Shown here piece after piece: positions 24,800-38,146 of a stretch of 64,000 nucleotides of DNA; the first letter of the stretch is position 1; every line of letters begins with the position of its first letter. The position numbers and the translations under genes are program-made. A model generated the notes under the pieces. That model was not told the DNA's origin. It saw only the letters and a list, made by a program, of their open reading frames with translations, and searched no databases. Source of the DNA: Camelus dromedarius (taxonomy: Eukaryota); NCBI RefSeq assembly GCF_036321535.1, contig NC_087437.1, positions 11,906,001 through 11,970,000 on the forward strand. The letters run 5' to 3'.

Positions 24800-27520
24800 C
24801 CCCATTCCCATTCTCAATATCTCTACGCCAAAGTAACCGCAGTGAACAGTTCGTGTGTGTGTGTGTGTGTGTTTCTAGATTTTCCTATCCATGCAGTATA
24901 TTTGTGTGTATATATTCATATTTGCACCCACACTTCCCTCATATAGGTGTATATATCATTCACTTCATTCAAACTATAGCACACTAGATGCATGATGCGG
25001 GCCTTGCCTTTTTGTTTGGTTTTGTTTTGTTTTTTTACTTAAAATCATGATTTAATAATTTTTCATGTCACTGCATATTGATGAACTTGATTCTTTTCAA
25101 TGACTAAATAGTATTCCATCATTTAGTGTGTCACATTTATGTGACTCACACTTCTGTTATTTCCAATTTGTAGCGTTATGGACAACTCTTTAATGAACAT
25201 CTTTGTAAATGTTTCATGGTAAATTTTAAAGGTATATTCTCAGCTGTAGAAATGCTGGCTTAAGGTCTCTGTGCATTTTCAATTTGTACAGCTACTATCA
25301 AATTGCCATTCAGAAAGTCTGTACCAATTTGTGATATGCTGTGTATGAGACTGGTTCCCCTACTTTCTGGATCATCATCAAACTCTATTTTTTTTTCCAG
25401 TTCAGTGGATATAATGTGGTATCTCATAGTTTTGAGTTGCATTTTTAAATTTATGAGTGAAAAAGAACACTTTAAATGTCATTTATATTGTGTTTTCCAT
25501 AAACCACTCTGCATGTATTTTGCCCATTTGTTTTTTGAGTCACTTATTTTTCTTATTCACTTGTGGAAACTCTTAAAAAATTAAGAAATAAAACACTGTG
25601 CTATATTGTGATAAATATTTCTTATAGGTTGTCTTTTGTCTTTGTTATCCACATTAAGGAATCATTAATATCCAATAAATTGTACCCATTTAAAGTGTCC
25701 AATTTGATGAGTTTTAAAAAACTACTCAAAACCATAGCCATAATCAAGATATAGAATATTTTCATCATCAAAAATGTCCTTGTACCTCTTTGGGGACTCC
25801 CCATCCTTCACCCCCAATCCCAGGCAACCACTAATCTTTTTTCAATATAGATTAGTTTTTGTTTTCTAGAATTGTGTATAACAGAATGTGTCCTGATCTC
25901 TTTCTCTCAGTATAATTATTTTGATATATAGACATTTTGTTGAGTTAAAACAATGAAATCCTTTTAATACTGAGTTGTGTCCCAGAATATGTATTTACAT
26001 ATTTGGTTTCTCCATTTCTAGTTTTTGGTAATTGTGAATAGATACACTGTGAACATTTGTGTGTAAGTACTGTGTGGTTATATGATTTTCTTTCTTTCGG
26101 GTGAATATCTAGGAATGGCATAGCTGTAGAATGTACAATGTAGGCTGTATCATTGAATATTGTAAGTTCATGTTTAACTTTAGAAGAAACTGCCAAACAA
26201 CTTTCCAAAGCGTTTGCACCTTTTTCCATTCCCACCAGCAATACATCAGAGGTCTAGCTGCCTCATCATTTGCCAATACTTGGTATTATCAGTCTTTTTA
26301 ATTTTAGGGTTGTGTATCTCATTGTGGCTTTAATTAGCATTTCCTTGATTAAATGTTGAACATTGTTTTATGTGCTTAGTAGCTATTTATGTCTTTTTCT
26401 TGTAAAGTTCCCATTCAAATCTTTAGCCAATTTTTATGTTTCTCTTTTTGTTTTTGAGTTTTAAGAGTTCTTTATGTATTCAGAATACAAAACTTTTGTC
26501 AGATTGCAAATATGTAATATTTATGGTATTATATTTATGTGTTTTATATCTGAAATTTTCCACTCTATGCCTTGTCCTTTTATTTTCTAATTAGTGTATT
26601 TTGAAAAGCAAAATCCAAGTCTATTTAATCCTTAAGTCATCTTAATTCTGTGAGGAAGTCATTTCAATTCTGCTAATTAGTTTTCCAATTCAGATATGCT
26701 TTTCAGTTCTAGAATTCCTATTTGATTTTTTGTTAAATTTTCTTTTTCTGTGGTAAATGTCCTATCTTTTCAATCATTCTAGTTTCCTTTACATCTTAGT
26801 CCTTTACTTATAATTACAACTCATTACCCAATAATTCCTACATTTGGGTTATATTAGAATTTTTCTCTTTTGATTGTACTGTCTCTTGAGAATGTATTAC
26901 ACTTTCTCGGTTTTGTATACTTTGTATGTTTTTGGATTATATCCTGAACATTGTGAATATTGTGTTGGAAAGAGTCTAAATTTTGTTATATTCTTCCAAA
27001 GAGTGTTGATGTTTTTGTCTTAGAGATTAATTAATTTCATCAGACTCAAACTGAGAACTGTCTTGCTTATGGTGGGTAGCAGATCAAATCTCAGCTCAGA
27101 TCTTGTAGCCTAAGCTGCAATCTGCACTGAGTCACTCCTACAAATACATGGTTTAAGGGTCAGTCAGAGACCCAGACAAAGTTTATGTTCAGAATTTGGG
27201 CGTTCTTTTCTTTGACGCTCTCCTCTTATAGAATTTCCTCCTCAGCTTCCAATGACTATTATTGCCTCTGATTCTGTTTGATTCTTGGGACAGAAAGACA
27301 GCAGGTTTCCTATGAGAGTTTTAGTTGCCCTGACCAGACCTTAACTCATGCCTGCTCTCAGGTGAAGTCTGTAAGAATGGGAAATTTATCCTGTGCCAGT
27401 CACTTCTTCCAAGTTTCATTTCCCCTCCAAAATCTGCTTACTTTTCTTTCTCTCCAAAAGCTGAAGGTAATTGACTCAAATTTTCTTCAGAGTTTGTAGA
27501 GGATCAATCTCTTGGAAGGT
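24800..27520 (-). mobile_element. Cluster of old antisense L1 fragments (L1ME/L1MB-like)
   Basis: ttccattcccaccagcaatacatcaga, ggcaaccactaatc, gtatctcattgtggctttaat antisense L1 motifs. Confidence 0.75.
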
Positions 27521-27561
27521 TGCCTGGGGCTTACTCTCCTGATTAACTTGCTTGGCTAAAG

Positions 27562-27681
27562 TCATCCAAAGAATAAAATATGGAAGCTGGTTGCAATACA
27601 TGTGTGTGTGACTCTCACACCCAAACTCTCTCTCTGCTAATATAAAGCAGCACCACCACCAAGCTGACCTAACATATTCTG
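27562..27681 (+). pseudogene. Pseudo-exon (phase 2-2)
   Basis: ctaaag acceptor, CTG|gtaaag donor; HPKNKIWKLVAIHVCVTLTPKLSLC*YKAAPPPS*PNIF. Confidence 0.5.
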
Positions 27682-27750
27682 GTAAAGAACTGCTGAGTAG
27701 ATAATCTCATTTCTCTCCAAAGTGCTAGAGTATCAGAACTGTCTGAGTTA

Positions 27751-27770
27751 CAGCGCCACCTTCTGGTGGG
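27751..27770 (-). promoter_or_regulatory. CTCF-like motif
   Basis: Reverse complement CCACCAGAAGGTGGCGCTG fits the core CCASYAGRKGGCRS with one mismatch; retains its CpG. Confidence 0.55.
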
Positions 27771-27984
27771 TGTTTTATTGCTGACCACAATGACTAGTGA
27801 GTCTCTTCTCCAAGACCTCACCTGACTTTTCCTGAGAGGACAGCATCTGTGTTACTCAGAGATTTTAACGAAGGTTAAAGAAGAGTTGCTAATAGCTTAT
27901 GCTTAGTTTCAAAATTAAGTACTAACAAATTTGCAAATGGGAAATCTCTCAAAAATGACTTTTTCCCCTTGGTATCTTATTTAG

Positions 27985-28115
27985 CACAATGGACTTTGTG
28001 GATTTCATCCAGGATGAAGCCACAGATGACACTATTTTATTGAAATCAGTCATTGCTAGTCTTTGTGATCACATTTCCTCAGGCCCCTGTTCTCTCAGTG
28101 GTGTCAGGAAAGCAT
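27985..28115 (+). pseudogene. Pseudo-exon, fully open (phase 2 to 1)
   Basis: tcttatttag acceptor, CAT|gtaata donor; TMDFVDFIQDEATDDTILLKSVIASLCDHISSGPCSLSGVRKA. Confidence 0.65.
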
Positions 28116-28203
28116 GTAATAATTGCATCATTCTTAGGAACTGGAGACTAATGAACCAACTGCTTATATATATATTTTTAATTGTGATCCTCTTGCATGG
28201 AAG

Positions 28204-28250
28204 ATTTCAAACCGAGGAAGAGTCTGGAAGATTTTTTTTTTTGGAGACAA
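28204..28250 (+). pseudogene. Small pseudo-exon (phase 1 to 0)
   Basis: weak ggaag acceptor, CAA|gtataa donor; FKPRKSLEDFFFWRQ. Confidence 0.4.
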
Positions 28251-28603
28251 GTATAAGGGTGGGAAGGGGTGGAAATTCAGTTATTTTAGCAACTGAGGCC
28301 ATTAAAGACGTCATTTATCAGGTGTGCCTGTGGGAATATATCACATCAATCCATTCAAGACAGTGGGTTTCATAAGCGCTCACCACCTTCTAGGTGCTCA
28401 TTGTGTTTTAGCAGCACTGCCTCTGTGTAAGGAGGGGATGCTGCTGCCTCTTAAATCTAGACACTCGGCAGACAGAGTTCCCAGTCCTCTTTGTGCCCTT
28501 GTGGTGGAGATACTGAACAAGGGCGCATGGGGAGTGACTTACGCATCTTCAGTTGGAGAGCATGCATGTGATAAATCCACTAGAGCTTTTTTTCACTCTC
28601 AAA

Positions 28604-28816
28604 ATGCTGATGCGTGACTTTGCTTCATGCGATTTGTCCATGTTCTGGATTAGTTTGAGTGAGGAAAGGGTGTTCCATCAGGGAATGGACCTCTTTGTAT
28701 CTTTCACACAGGGATCTGATAACCACACAGACGGCCACAATTCACATGCTGTTCACACTTTTGAAGACCTCTTCAAGGAGTATTTGCATAATTCTATTTT
28801 TAAAATGTGTAATAGG
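28604..28816 (+). pseudogene. Pseudo-exon, fully open, acceptor apparently mutated (AG to AA)
   Basis: tttttttcactctcaaa|ATG; strong AGG|gtaagc donor; 71 open codons MLMRDFASCDLSMFWISLSEERV...YLHNSIFKMCNR. Confidence 0.65.
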
Positions 28817-29055
28817 GTAAGCCACATCCATCTTTCCCAGCAAGTGCGTCGTCTACAGACCTTGTCTGTCTGCCTGACGCCATAGACAAAGAACTGACTG
28901 AAGCCTGGCTCCTTGTCCACTGGTGGCCCTGGATGAGATTCTGGGATGAAGATTCAAGAGGAAGGGGTGGTCAGCAGCTGCTGGGTGGAAGAGGAACAAG
29001 AGATGTGCCCGTATGTTCCTGCTCTAAGAGGTGTGTGCAAGTTATTGTATGAAAG

Positions 29056-29120
29056 ACATAGTATCTATTATCAATAACAGAAAAAGAGGTTTCTCACTTT
29101 CAAAATAGCATGTTGTGGCA
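29056..29120 (+). pseudogene. Pseudo-exon (phase 0 to 2)
   Basis: T*YLLSITEKEVSHFQNSMLW; GCA|gtaaaa donor; weak acceptor. Confidence 0.5.
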
Positions 29121-29614
29121 GTAAAAGAATTGGTTTTAGCCACATCTTCTTGGCAGCTGCTTAAACTGTTCTTTACTTATGTGATGGAAACCAGGGTCAG
29201 TCCACAGCCAGATCACCTCTCACCATGCTGAGTCTTCTGCACTTCCCTCACCACCTACCATCCATGGTTGATTCCTGTCCATCCTGCCAGAAAGGTATCC
29301 TAACAATGGTGAAATGGAAGGTTTCACTCTGTGTCTTGCACTCACTCCCATGCCATGAGAGAACTGGGGGTCTGAAAAACTGGTCCTGCCTTGGCATCCT
29401 CAGAACCCTGCCACTGCATCTTATGGCTGCTTATGGCTTAATGGCTGCTCTAACCATGCCTCTGTGTTAAATAAAACTGCCTCTGATTCTGCTACTGAGA
29501 GCCATTAGCTTTAATATACTGCCAAAGTGAGAATTACATAGCGGGTTTTAATAGTTAGGTCAGGGATCCAGAGACAAATAGTGAAGTAACAAAATAAATA
29601 TTAATTAAGACTTC

Positions 29615-30360
29615 TACGCTGTTGGTGGGAATGTAGTTTGGTGCAGTCATTATGGAAAACAGTATGGAGATTCCTCAAAAGATTAAAAATAGATTTACCG
29701 TATGATCCAACAATCCCACTCCTGGACATATATCCAGAGGGAACCTTAATTCAAAAAGATACATGCACCCCAATGTTCACAGCAACACTGTTTGCAATAG
29801 CCAAGACATGGAAACAACTTAAATGTCCATCAACAGATGGAAGGATAAAGAAGTTGTGGTATATTTATACAATGGAATACTACTCAGCCATAATAAAAAG
29901 AATAAAATAATGCCATTTGTAGAAACATGGTTGAACCTGGAGAATGTCATTCTAAGTGAAGTAAGCCAGAAAGAGGAAGAAAAATACCATATGATATCAC
30001 TTATATATAGAATCTAAAAAAAGACAAACTTATTTACAAAACAGAAACAGACTCACAGACACAAAAAACAAACTTATGGTTACTGAGAAGGAGGAAAGGG
30101 GTGGGAAGGGATTAATTGAGAGTTCAAGATTTTCAGACACTAACTACTATATAGTGTCTGCAAATAGGTAAACAACAAGTTCATACTGTATAGCACAGGG
30201 AAATGTATTCAATATCTTGTAGTAACTTACAGTGAAAAAGAATATGAAAACAAATATATGTATATTCCTATATGACTGAAGCTTTATGTTATACACCAGA
30301 TATTGACACAACCTTGTAAACTGACTATACTTAAATAAAAATATATTAAAAGATTAAAAA
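29615..30360 (+). mobile_element. Young 5'-truncated L1
   Basis: ORF 29638-29910 ([25 protein letters not shown]...) is the L1 ORF2p C-terminus; 3'UTR similar to 22950-23730. Confidence 0.9.
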
Positions 30361-30491
30361 ATCAGAACTTCTGAAACTTCTGCACATAAAATGTAAATAC
30401 AAAAATGCTACATCTACATGCATGCACACACACAAAGATTATTAAAGGCATGTTTCAAAATTGGTTTTAAGGATCCTGACTCAAATTAAAG

Positions 30492-30633
30492 GCTCTTAGG
30501 AATGCCTGTCCAGTTAAAGACCTGGATCTGGCAGTATGACAAGAAAGAAAATGATGCTGTCATTCTCAAAAGCCTGAAGGCAACTGAAAGATGGATTTTT
30601 ATATTGTTTCTCTCTTTTGATAAGGGAACTGCA
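30492..30633 (+). pseudogene. Pseudo-exon, fully open (phase 2 to 0)
   Basis: GCA|gtaaga donor; LLGMPVQLKTWIWQYDKKENDAVILKSLKATERWIFILFLSFDKGTA. Confidence 0.6.
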
Positions 30634-32103
30634 GTAAGAACACGGCATTTAAAAGTGGCAGAATATTTATGTACACTAACAAAAGAGACATGCAATGGAC
30701 TAGCTTAATATTGTCATTAAGAATTATTAAACATGTGTATTTTTTAGGTTCTTATTTGCTTTCTTCTATCATTCTAAAGTATCATATTCATCATACTATA
30801 TTGCTGCTCAAGAATTTCAGAGGCCCTTGTAAGATCTAGAATAAAATATTTAAACTCTTAAAACGTGGCCAGCCACAAAGTGCCTCAGTTTGCCTTTCTG
30901 TATGTACTTCCCTTTAGGATCCCTCCATGAACATTTGCCTTTGATCAGATGGCCCATGAAGTCTCATCTGGTCACATCGCACCCATTTCTGTCCGTGAGC
31001 CCCATCTATGACTTCTTCATTATTTTCAGCCGGTCCAAATCTCTGAGCCTCAGACTGCCGGGACCTTGTAGTCAAAAAGAGCTAGCCTAAACCTGATTAC
31101 CACCCCAGCCATCAGACCTTAGACAAGTTTCTTAACTTGGCTGGACCTCAAATTTTTCACCTGTAAGATGAAGATAATAATGATTAATAACACAGAATGA
31201 GATCATGCTTATAAAGTCTGGCATAAGTGCTTAATGAATCCTAATTTGTCTTCTCTGTATATTCCTTTGAATTGAGAATAAATTCCACCTTAGCTGTAAA
31301 AATCACTTCCTACTTCCCACCTTCACTTGAGAGCATGTTAATTTCTCCACCTACGTTGCATTAAGGCACTTCTGTTCAGGTACATTCATTTCCTTTAATT
31401 TAAGACAAATCTTGGCCTCTTTAAATGGCAAAAATCATGTAAAGTGCTTCAGACAAGACTTGACACAGAGGAAGTGCTCTATAAATATTTCTGTGGCTGC
31501 TGCTGCTATTGCAAAGGCAACAGTCGCTCATACCCCGTAGTGACAGCACTTCCAATGATGAGCTCTGCTTGTCCGTGAAAAGAAAGAGAGGCAGTAAAAG
31601 TCATGTTAGGGGCATACCCTCTGGACCCACTATCTAGATTAGAATCCTAGCTTGACTCTTTCCAGCTGTGTGCCCTTTGGCTTACTTCACCTCTCTTCCT
31701 TTAGGATGCCTATAATAGTGATCCACCCGTAGATCTGTCTTGAGGATTAAATGAATTAAAAAGTAAAAAGAATGCAAACCCCTGACAAATAAAATTACTT
31801 TATATGCATTCGCTATTGAAGGTTTTTTTTTTTTTTAGCTTCTTCAGTCCTGACTCTTGAGTATTTTGAAAGCTCCTGAGGACAGGGATCTATATTTATA
31901 CTGATCATATCATTTCATTGGGGAAAAATAAAATTACAGAGGGCATCAGGTAGGTTTAGTACAATGCCTGAAATGCTGTAAGAGTTCTGTAGTAGCTAGC
32001 TTCCTTCTCCTTATCTACCACACCTAGTAAGTAGTTTTAGGAATTGCTCTTTGAGTGTTTTTTGAAGGGAATACATGAATATTGATTTTTCTTATATGCC
32101 AAG

Positions 32104-32272
32104 AAACACCATTAAATATACAGCATTATGATTCAAAAGACTGTCTGTTATTCCATGAAAATCTGGTTTGGTAAAAATGTATCAGCTTCATTTTATTACT
32201 GACATCATTTGCTACATCCTGACAGTCCCAAAACTTCTCGACATATTTTGTTCAGGAGACCTGAGTTGCAAT
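32104..32272 (+). pseudogene. Pseudo-exon (phase 0 to 1)
   Basis: ttttcttatatgccaag acceptor; KHH*IYSIMIQKTVCYSMKIWFGKNVSASFYY*HHLLHPDSPKTSRHILFRRPELQ. Confidence 0.55.
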
Positions 32273-32498
32273 GTAGTGTTTAAATCAGACATTGTCTTAA
32301 TTTTCTTTTAGCTTCACTTCATTTCCCTTCCTGCTTTCTCTGTTGCTTTCCTTCTGTCTCCTGCTTACTTGCATTCATATTTAAATCATTGAACTGTCAC
32401 TAAATGGCAAAACAAGCTTTCCTTTAGAAAAGGCTAGCTAGAATTGTTCACTCTTCTGCTTCTATTTGCAACATTTTCAACATTTCAACACTTCACAG

Positions 32499-32582
32499 GT
32501 GAAGCTGTGAAATCAGCACAGGGGGACACGACCATCAAAATGCCTTTGATCTTGAAATCATCTTGAATTTGACAAATAGAAT
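32499..32582 (+). pseudogene. Pseudo-exon (phase 1-1)
   Basis: cacttcacag acceptor, AAT|gtaaat donor; EAVKSAQGDTTIKMPLILKSS*I*QIE. Confidence 0.55.
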
Positions 32583-32659
32583 GTAAATTTAACCCCTGAA
32601 TAAATCTGAAAGGTAATAATGTATAGTATGACCAAAACAGAGATTCTTAGGTTGATTCC

Positions 32660-33691
32660 ATAATCTTTTTACCTTTGGCATTATGGAGATATAATTGACA
32701 TATAACATATGTAAGTTTAAGATGGACAGCATGATGATTTGATCCATCTATATATTGCAAAATCTTTAACACAATAAGGTTAGTTAACACATTCATTATC
32801 TCACAAAATTTCCAATTTTGTGTGTGTGTGTATGTATGATAGTAACATTTAAGAGCTATACTCTCAGCAACTTTCAGGTATATAATACAGTATTTTTTCA
32901 TTGTAGTCACCACGCTATACATTACAACCTCAGCACTTACTCATCTTATAACTGAAAGTTGCTACTCTTTGACAAACATTTCCCTGTTTTTTCCCAACCC
33001 ATAGGGCTTGGCAGCCACATTTTAATTCTCTGTTTATATGAATCTGGTTTTTTTAGATTCCACATAGAGTTAAAACATTAAAGATTTCTCTTTCTCTGCC
33101 TGACTTTTTCAGTTAGCATAACACCCCCAAGGTCCATCCATGTTGTCACAAAAGTCAATTTTTTCTCTTTTCTTTTTTATGGCTGAATAATATTTCATTG
33201 TGTGTGTGCAGGCAGTGTATATGTATATTACATCTTTTTTATCCATCCATCCTTTGGTGGACACTTAGGTGGTTCCCATGTCTTGGCTACTGTGAATAGT
33301 GCTGCAATGAACATGGAGGTACAAATATTTGTTTGAGTTAATAATTTCATTTCCTTTGGATATATATCCAGAAGTGGGATTACTGGATGATATGGTAGCT
33401 CTATTTTTAATTATTTGAGGACCCTCCGTACTGGCTTCCATAGTGACTGCACCAGTTTACATTCCCATCAACAGTGCATGAGGGTTGCCTTTTCTCCACA
33501 TCCTCACCAATATTTGTTTTTTCTTGTATTTTTGATAATAGCCATTCTAAAAGGTATGAGGTGTTGTCTCATGTGGTTTTGATTTGTATCTCCCTGATGA
33601 TGAGAGCATCTTTTTATGTACCCGATGGCCATTTCTTATATCTTCAACTAGAAAATCATCTATTCAAGTCCTCTGCTCATTTTTCATTTGG

Positions 33692-33741
<50 letters not shown>

Positions 33742-35260
33742 TAATGAGTTGTTTTTTAATATATTTTGGTTATGAATTCTTTATAAGATAGATGGTTTGC
33801 AAATATTTTTCCTGTCATAGGCTGCCTTTCATTTTAGTGACTGCTACTTTTCCTATGCAGAAGCTTTTTAGTTTGATGTAGTCCTACTTGTTTGTCCTTG
33901 TAAGTATATTGTTTGACTATGTAAGTACCTTCATCCGTGTGTTCTATATTTTCATGTTACTCATTAGCATTCTTTCACTTCAGCTTGAAGAATTCCTTTC
34001 AGCATTTCTTATAAGGCAGGTCTAGTGGTGATGAATGTTTCTAGCTTTTGTTTGTTTGGGAAAGTCTTTTCTCTTTTTTATTTCCAAAAGATATCTTAGA
34101 GATAACTTTTGGGGTTGAAATTTTAAGGTGACCTATTAGCCTCATAAACTTGGACATCAAAACTACCTCCCAGGTTTGAGAAGTTCTCAGTAAGTTTACT
34201 CTTCCTTCTCCCTCACCTTTCCTTCTTAGATTCCCATACTGCATAGATTTTTTTTCTTTTAATTGTATGTCATAATTCACATAGGATTTTTTCATTCTTT
34301 TTTATTTTTGCCCCTCTAACTCAATGATTTCAAATTGCCTGCCTTCTAGTTCCCTAATTCTTTCTTTTGCTTGGTAGACTCCACTCTTGAAGCTTTCTGT
34401 AATTCTTCTGTTCATTCATTGAACTCTTCAACTGTAGAATTTCCTTTTTTTAAATGGTCTCTTTTTCTTTTTTGAACTTCTCACTTTGTTCATGGATTGT
34501 TTTCTTAATTTATTTAGTTGTCTATCTGTGTTTTCTTGTAGTTAACTGAATTTTTTAAGAAAATTATCCTGAATTCTTTGTCAAACATTCACAGATCTCC
34601 ATTCCTTTTGGTTCAGTCATTGGAGCTTCATTAATTTTTTTTGGTGGTGTCATGTTCTGAATTATTCATGATCTTTGTGGCCTTATGTTGGTATCTGCAC
34701 ATTTGAAGAATAGGGACCTCATCCAGTCTTTACAGACGAGCTTCAGTAGGCAAAGCCCTTCAGCAGTCAGCCTATCCAGAGATTTTGGGTGGACTGTCTT
34801 GTGACATCTGCAAGTGGCAAAATATCCTTCTTTTTGTGGGTGAGTTGTATTCCATTGCATATGTATGCTACATCTTCTTTATCTATTCATCTATTGATGT
34901 GCACTTGGGATGCATCTGTATCTTGGCAATTATAAATAACATTGCTGTTAATAGTGGAGTGTATATATCCTTTTGAATTGACTTTTTTATTGTTCTGAGA
35001 TATATGCCTGGGAGGGGAACTGCTGGGCCATATGTGGTTCTAATTTTAGTTTTTTGAGAAATCTCCACATTGTTTTCCATAGTGGCAGCACCAATTTACA
35101 TTCCCACCAAGAGTGTACAGAGGTTCCCTTTTTTCTACATCCTTGCCAACATTTGTTATTTGTGCTCTTTTTGATGATGGCCATTCTGACAGGTGTGAGA
35201 TGATATCTCATTGTGATTTTGATTTGCATTTCCTTGATTTTAGTGATGTTGAGCAACTTT
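32660..35260 (-). mobile_element. Antisense L1MA-like fragments
   Basis: tttacattcccatcaacagtgcatgaggg, ccattctgacaggtgtgagatgatatctcattg; minus ORFs 34883-35256 translate to L1 ORF2p C-terminal motifs. Confidence 0.85.
33692..33740. repeat. (ATT)n microsatellite
   Basis: About 16 perfect ATT units. Confidence 0.95.
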
Positions 35261-35269
35261 TCTTGTTTG

Positions 35270-35730
35270 GGCCAAACTTCATGACTTGCTTCTAGTAAAT
35301 AGAATGTATAATTTCTAAGAAACTCCCAAAGCTAGGCATGAAAAGGAATTAGCTTTCACCTAGTTTTCCCTTCTCTTCTCTTCTCCTTCCCTTCTAGGGG
35401 AAATCAGCCACCATGATGTGAGGACACTCAAGTAGACCTGGAAGTGTCCCTCATGAAGAATTGAGGCTTATTTTAAGAGCCATCAGAGGCTTGATAGTTG
35501 TGTGAGTGACACTGAGGAAGTGGAAACTTTAGCTCTTAATTAACCTTCAGATGACCAAAGCTGTCACCAACATCTTGGTGGCAACCTCATGAGAGACCCT
35601 AAGCCGCAAATTGTTAGCTGAGGTACTCCCAAATTTTTCACCATTGAAACTGTGAGATACAAGAATGTTTACTGTCATTTGAGCCATGACATTTGTGGGT
35701 AGTATATTTAACAGCAATGGATAATGAATA
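35270..35730 (+). mobile_element. MLT1F-like MaLR LTR
   Basis: ccttcagatgacc...gcaacctcatgagagaccc...aaactgtgagata...cagcaatggataatgaata. Confidence 0.7.
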
Positions 35731-35827
35731 AAGGTGTGAACCTACACATGCTACCAAGACTTTCTGAAGCTTCTTTGCTTCTTTTCACTTTTTTAATCTC
35801 CTTTCATTATGCCTGTGATTCTATAAG

Positions 35828-36064
35828 CTCCTTCCAACTCCATTCTGCTAAAGTCAGTTATTTCTTTTTATTGCTTGTTTTCAAAGAACACAGCTTTAAA
35901 ACAGTATAGATTATTATTATCCTAAACTACAATAAGAAAAATATTTTTTCTTTTCTCTTTTTTGATCTGAGACATTTTAATTCAACATCTTGGTCTACTA
36001 TAAAGTTTATTTTGTTTTTTAAAATATAATTATTTACAACTTTGGATATCTTGAACTTTAGCAT
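35828..36064 (+). pseudogene. Pseudo-exon(s): one exon, or two split by a 68-nt intron
   Basis: SPSNSILLKSVISFYCLFSKNTALK (35828-35903) and HFNSTSWSTIKFILFFKI*LFTTLDILNFS (35972-36064). Confidence 0.5.
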
Positions 36065-36239
36065 GTTAACCTATGAGACTGTGATGATATTTTTTTTGGT
36101 CACCTATTTGTATAAATTGATGAAAAATTCAAGGGAAAAAAGAAATCTGCATAAATTAAAATGCATACATTTTATTTTAAATAAAATGATTTCGTTTAGT
36201 ATGTTTTAAAAACAGTATGAACGGTGCTTTTCACCAAAC

Positions 36240-37500
36240 TCAGAAACATTGTGGCCAATATTCTTTAAATGTTCTTTTTTACTGCATTATTCTCTCTCCT
36301 CCTCCTCTCCTCTTTTACCTTCTCCTTTCCTTGTCTACCTTCTCCTCTCCGCCTCTTCTAAAATTCCAATTATGCTTATGTTATAACTTTTGATATTGTT
36401 CCATAGGTCCTATGCTATTCATTTTCTTCTATCTAATTTTCTCACTGTTCTTCAAAGTGCATAATTGCATGTGGATCTTTCATTGAGTTCAATGATCTTT
36501 TTCAGGTTGTCAATCTATAATTAAAGCTATCAAGTGATTTTTCCCCAAATATTATACTCTTTAATTCTATAACTTTTATTTGGTCGGTATTTATAGTTTC
36601 CATTCCTAGTCTGAGATACACTATCTGTACATTCATCATGATTATGTTGTCCTTTAAAATATTTATAAAAGCTGCTTTAAAGTCCCTGGCTGCTAATTCC
36701 AACATCTGGACATTTTGCATTGATTTATATAGAACGCTTTTTCTCTCAAATACGATTCACATTTTTTTTTCTGTTTTCTTATTTGTAGTAACTTTTAGTT
36801 ATATGCTGGATGTTATGAATTATAAATTAAAGGGAATTTGGATTATGCTGTCTCCCTTAAACAATATTGACTTTTATGTGAATGACAGATAAATCACTAG
36901 TGGATAATTCTGTTCTTCTCAGGCCTGGATTTATTCTTTATTAAAGCTTTATTTACATTTAATTTTAAACTTCTTTCTAAGGCATGGTCCTTACACTTAG
37001 GGTATCATTTTACTGAAGTCTCAAGTGAATGACAAGGTAGGTCATTTCACTTTGGCTGGGCTGGGACATCAATAAAATCCAGCACTCTAAGCCCTCTAGT
37101 ATTGCTGTTTAGCTCTCAGCCTTGAAAAAAACAATCTTTGCTAGGCCTTGTAAAGCCTACATACACTGCTGGAGCCTCCATCAAAATAGATCCTTTTCTC
37201 AGGTAAGATGCTTTATAAATTCCAGATGTCTCAGCAGCCTGGATCACCAATCTCTTCTTCGGTGAGAGCTAATCCTGTTAGTTCTACTTTTCTGCCGTTG
37301 GGAAAGTTGAGGTGATTGTGGGGTGATCATGATCATGTTATGCCTTAGATCTCTCTTCTTTCAGGGATCACAGTCTTGTCCAGACTATTGTTTAATTTCT
37401 AAAACAATGACTTCACATATTTTTCCAATTTTATAGTTCTTTTCAGAAAGAGGATATGTCTGTTACCAGTTACTTGGTTATGGTTAAAAGCTGAAGTTGC
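36240..37500 (-). mobile_element. Old L1 5' region (ORF1/5'UTR) antisense
   Basis: Minus ORF 36502-36720 (QMLELAARDFKAAFINILKD) is typical degenerate L1 ORF1p. Confidence 0.7.
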
Positions 37501-37858
37501 TTTCAAATAGACTTAACAGTAAAATCAGATAGCATGTTGAGATGTTTTAAATAACCCTCCAAAGAAACAAACAAAACCTAATAAACTCTAGTACACATAT
37601 ACATACCATATACTTTATCAAAACAGTGAAGCCCTTCAGACGTTTTATATAACACATGTTGAGTATATTTTAATAGAAATAGGTTAATCTATAAATTGCT
37701 TCACAATTTGATTAATATCAATATTTTATGTGTATACATATACAAAGATAGAACAATGTCCTGGGAAAACTATTTATTTATACTTATGTCCCTAATTAAC
37801 CATTTAAAAATATTATCTTTCTTTATGGAAGAAGAACTCAATTATTTTGATATTTCAG

Positions 37859-38018
37859 TAAATCACCTCTAAAAAGTATGCCTAATTCAGGTAGAGACCT
37901 TTGTCTCTTAAAGACAGGGTTCAAGTTACCAAACCAGTTTCTACCAGGACCTTTATTCTCAGTGGAGAAAAACTCAATAAATGATCCTGTCATTAAGTTT
38001 TTTTATTTCTATAATATA
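37859..38018 (+). pseudogene. Pseudo-exon, fully open (phase 2 to 0)
   Basis: ttttgatatttcag acceptor, ATA|gtaaaa donor; KSPLKSMPNSGRDLCLLKTGFKLPNQFLPGPLFSVEKNSINDPVIKFFYFYNI. Confidence 0.55.
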
Positions 38019-38146
38019 GTAAAAATTTACTAAAAATTTAAAACCTATACCAAAAGATAGAACGTGTTATCTTAAGGTATTTAAACTAAAATTTGTCAAA
38101 GCATCAGTTGAAGAGGTTTTGAAAGTATTTACAATATATTTTACAG

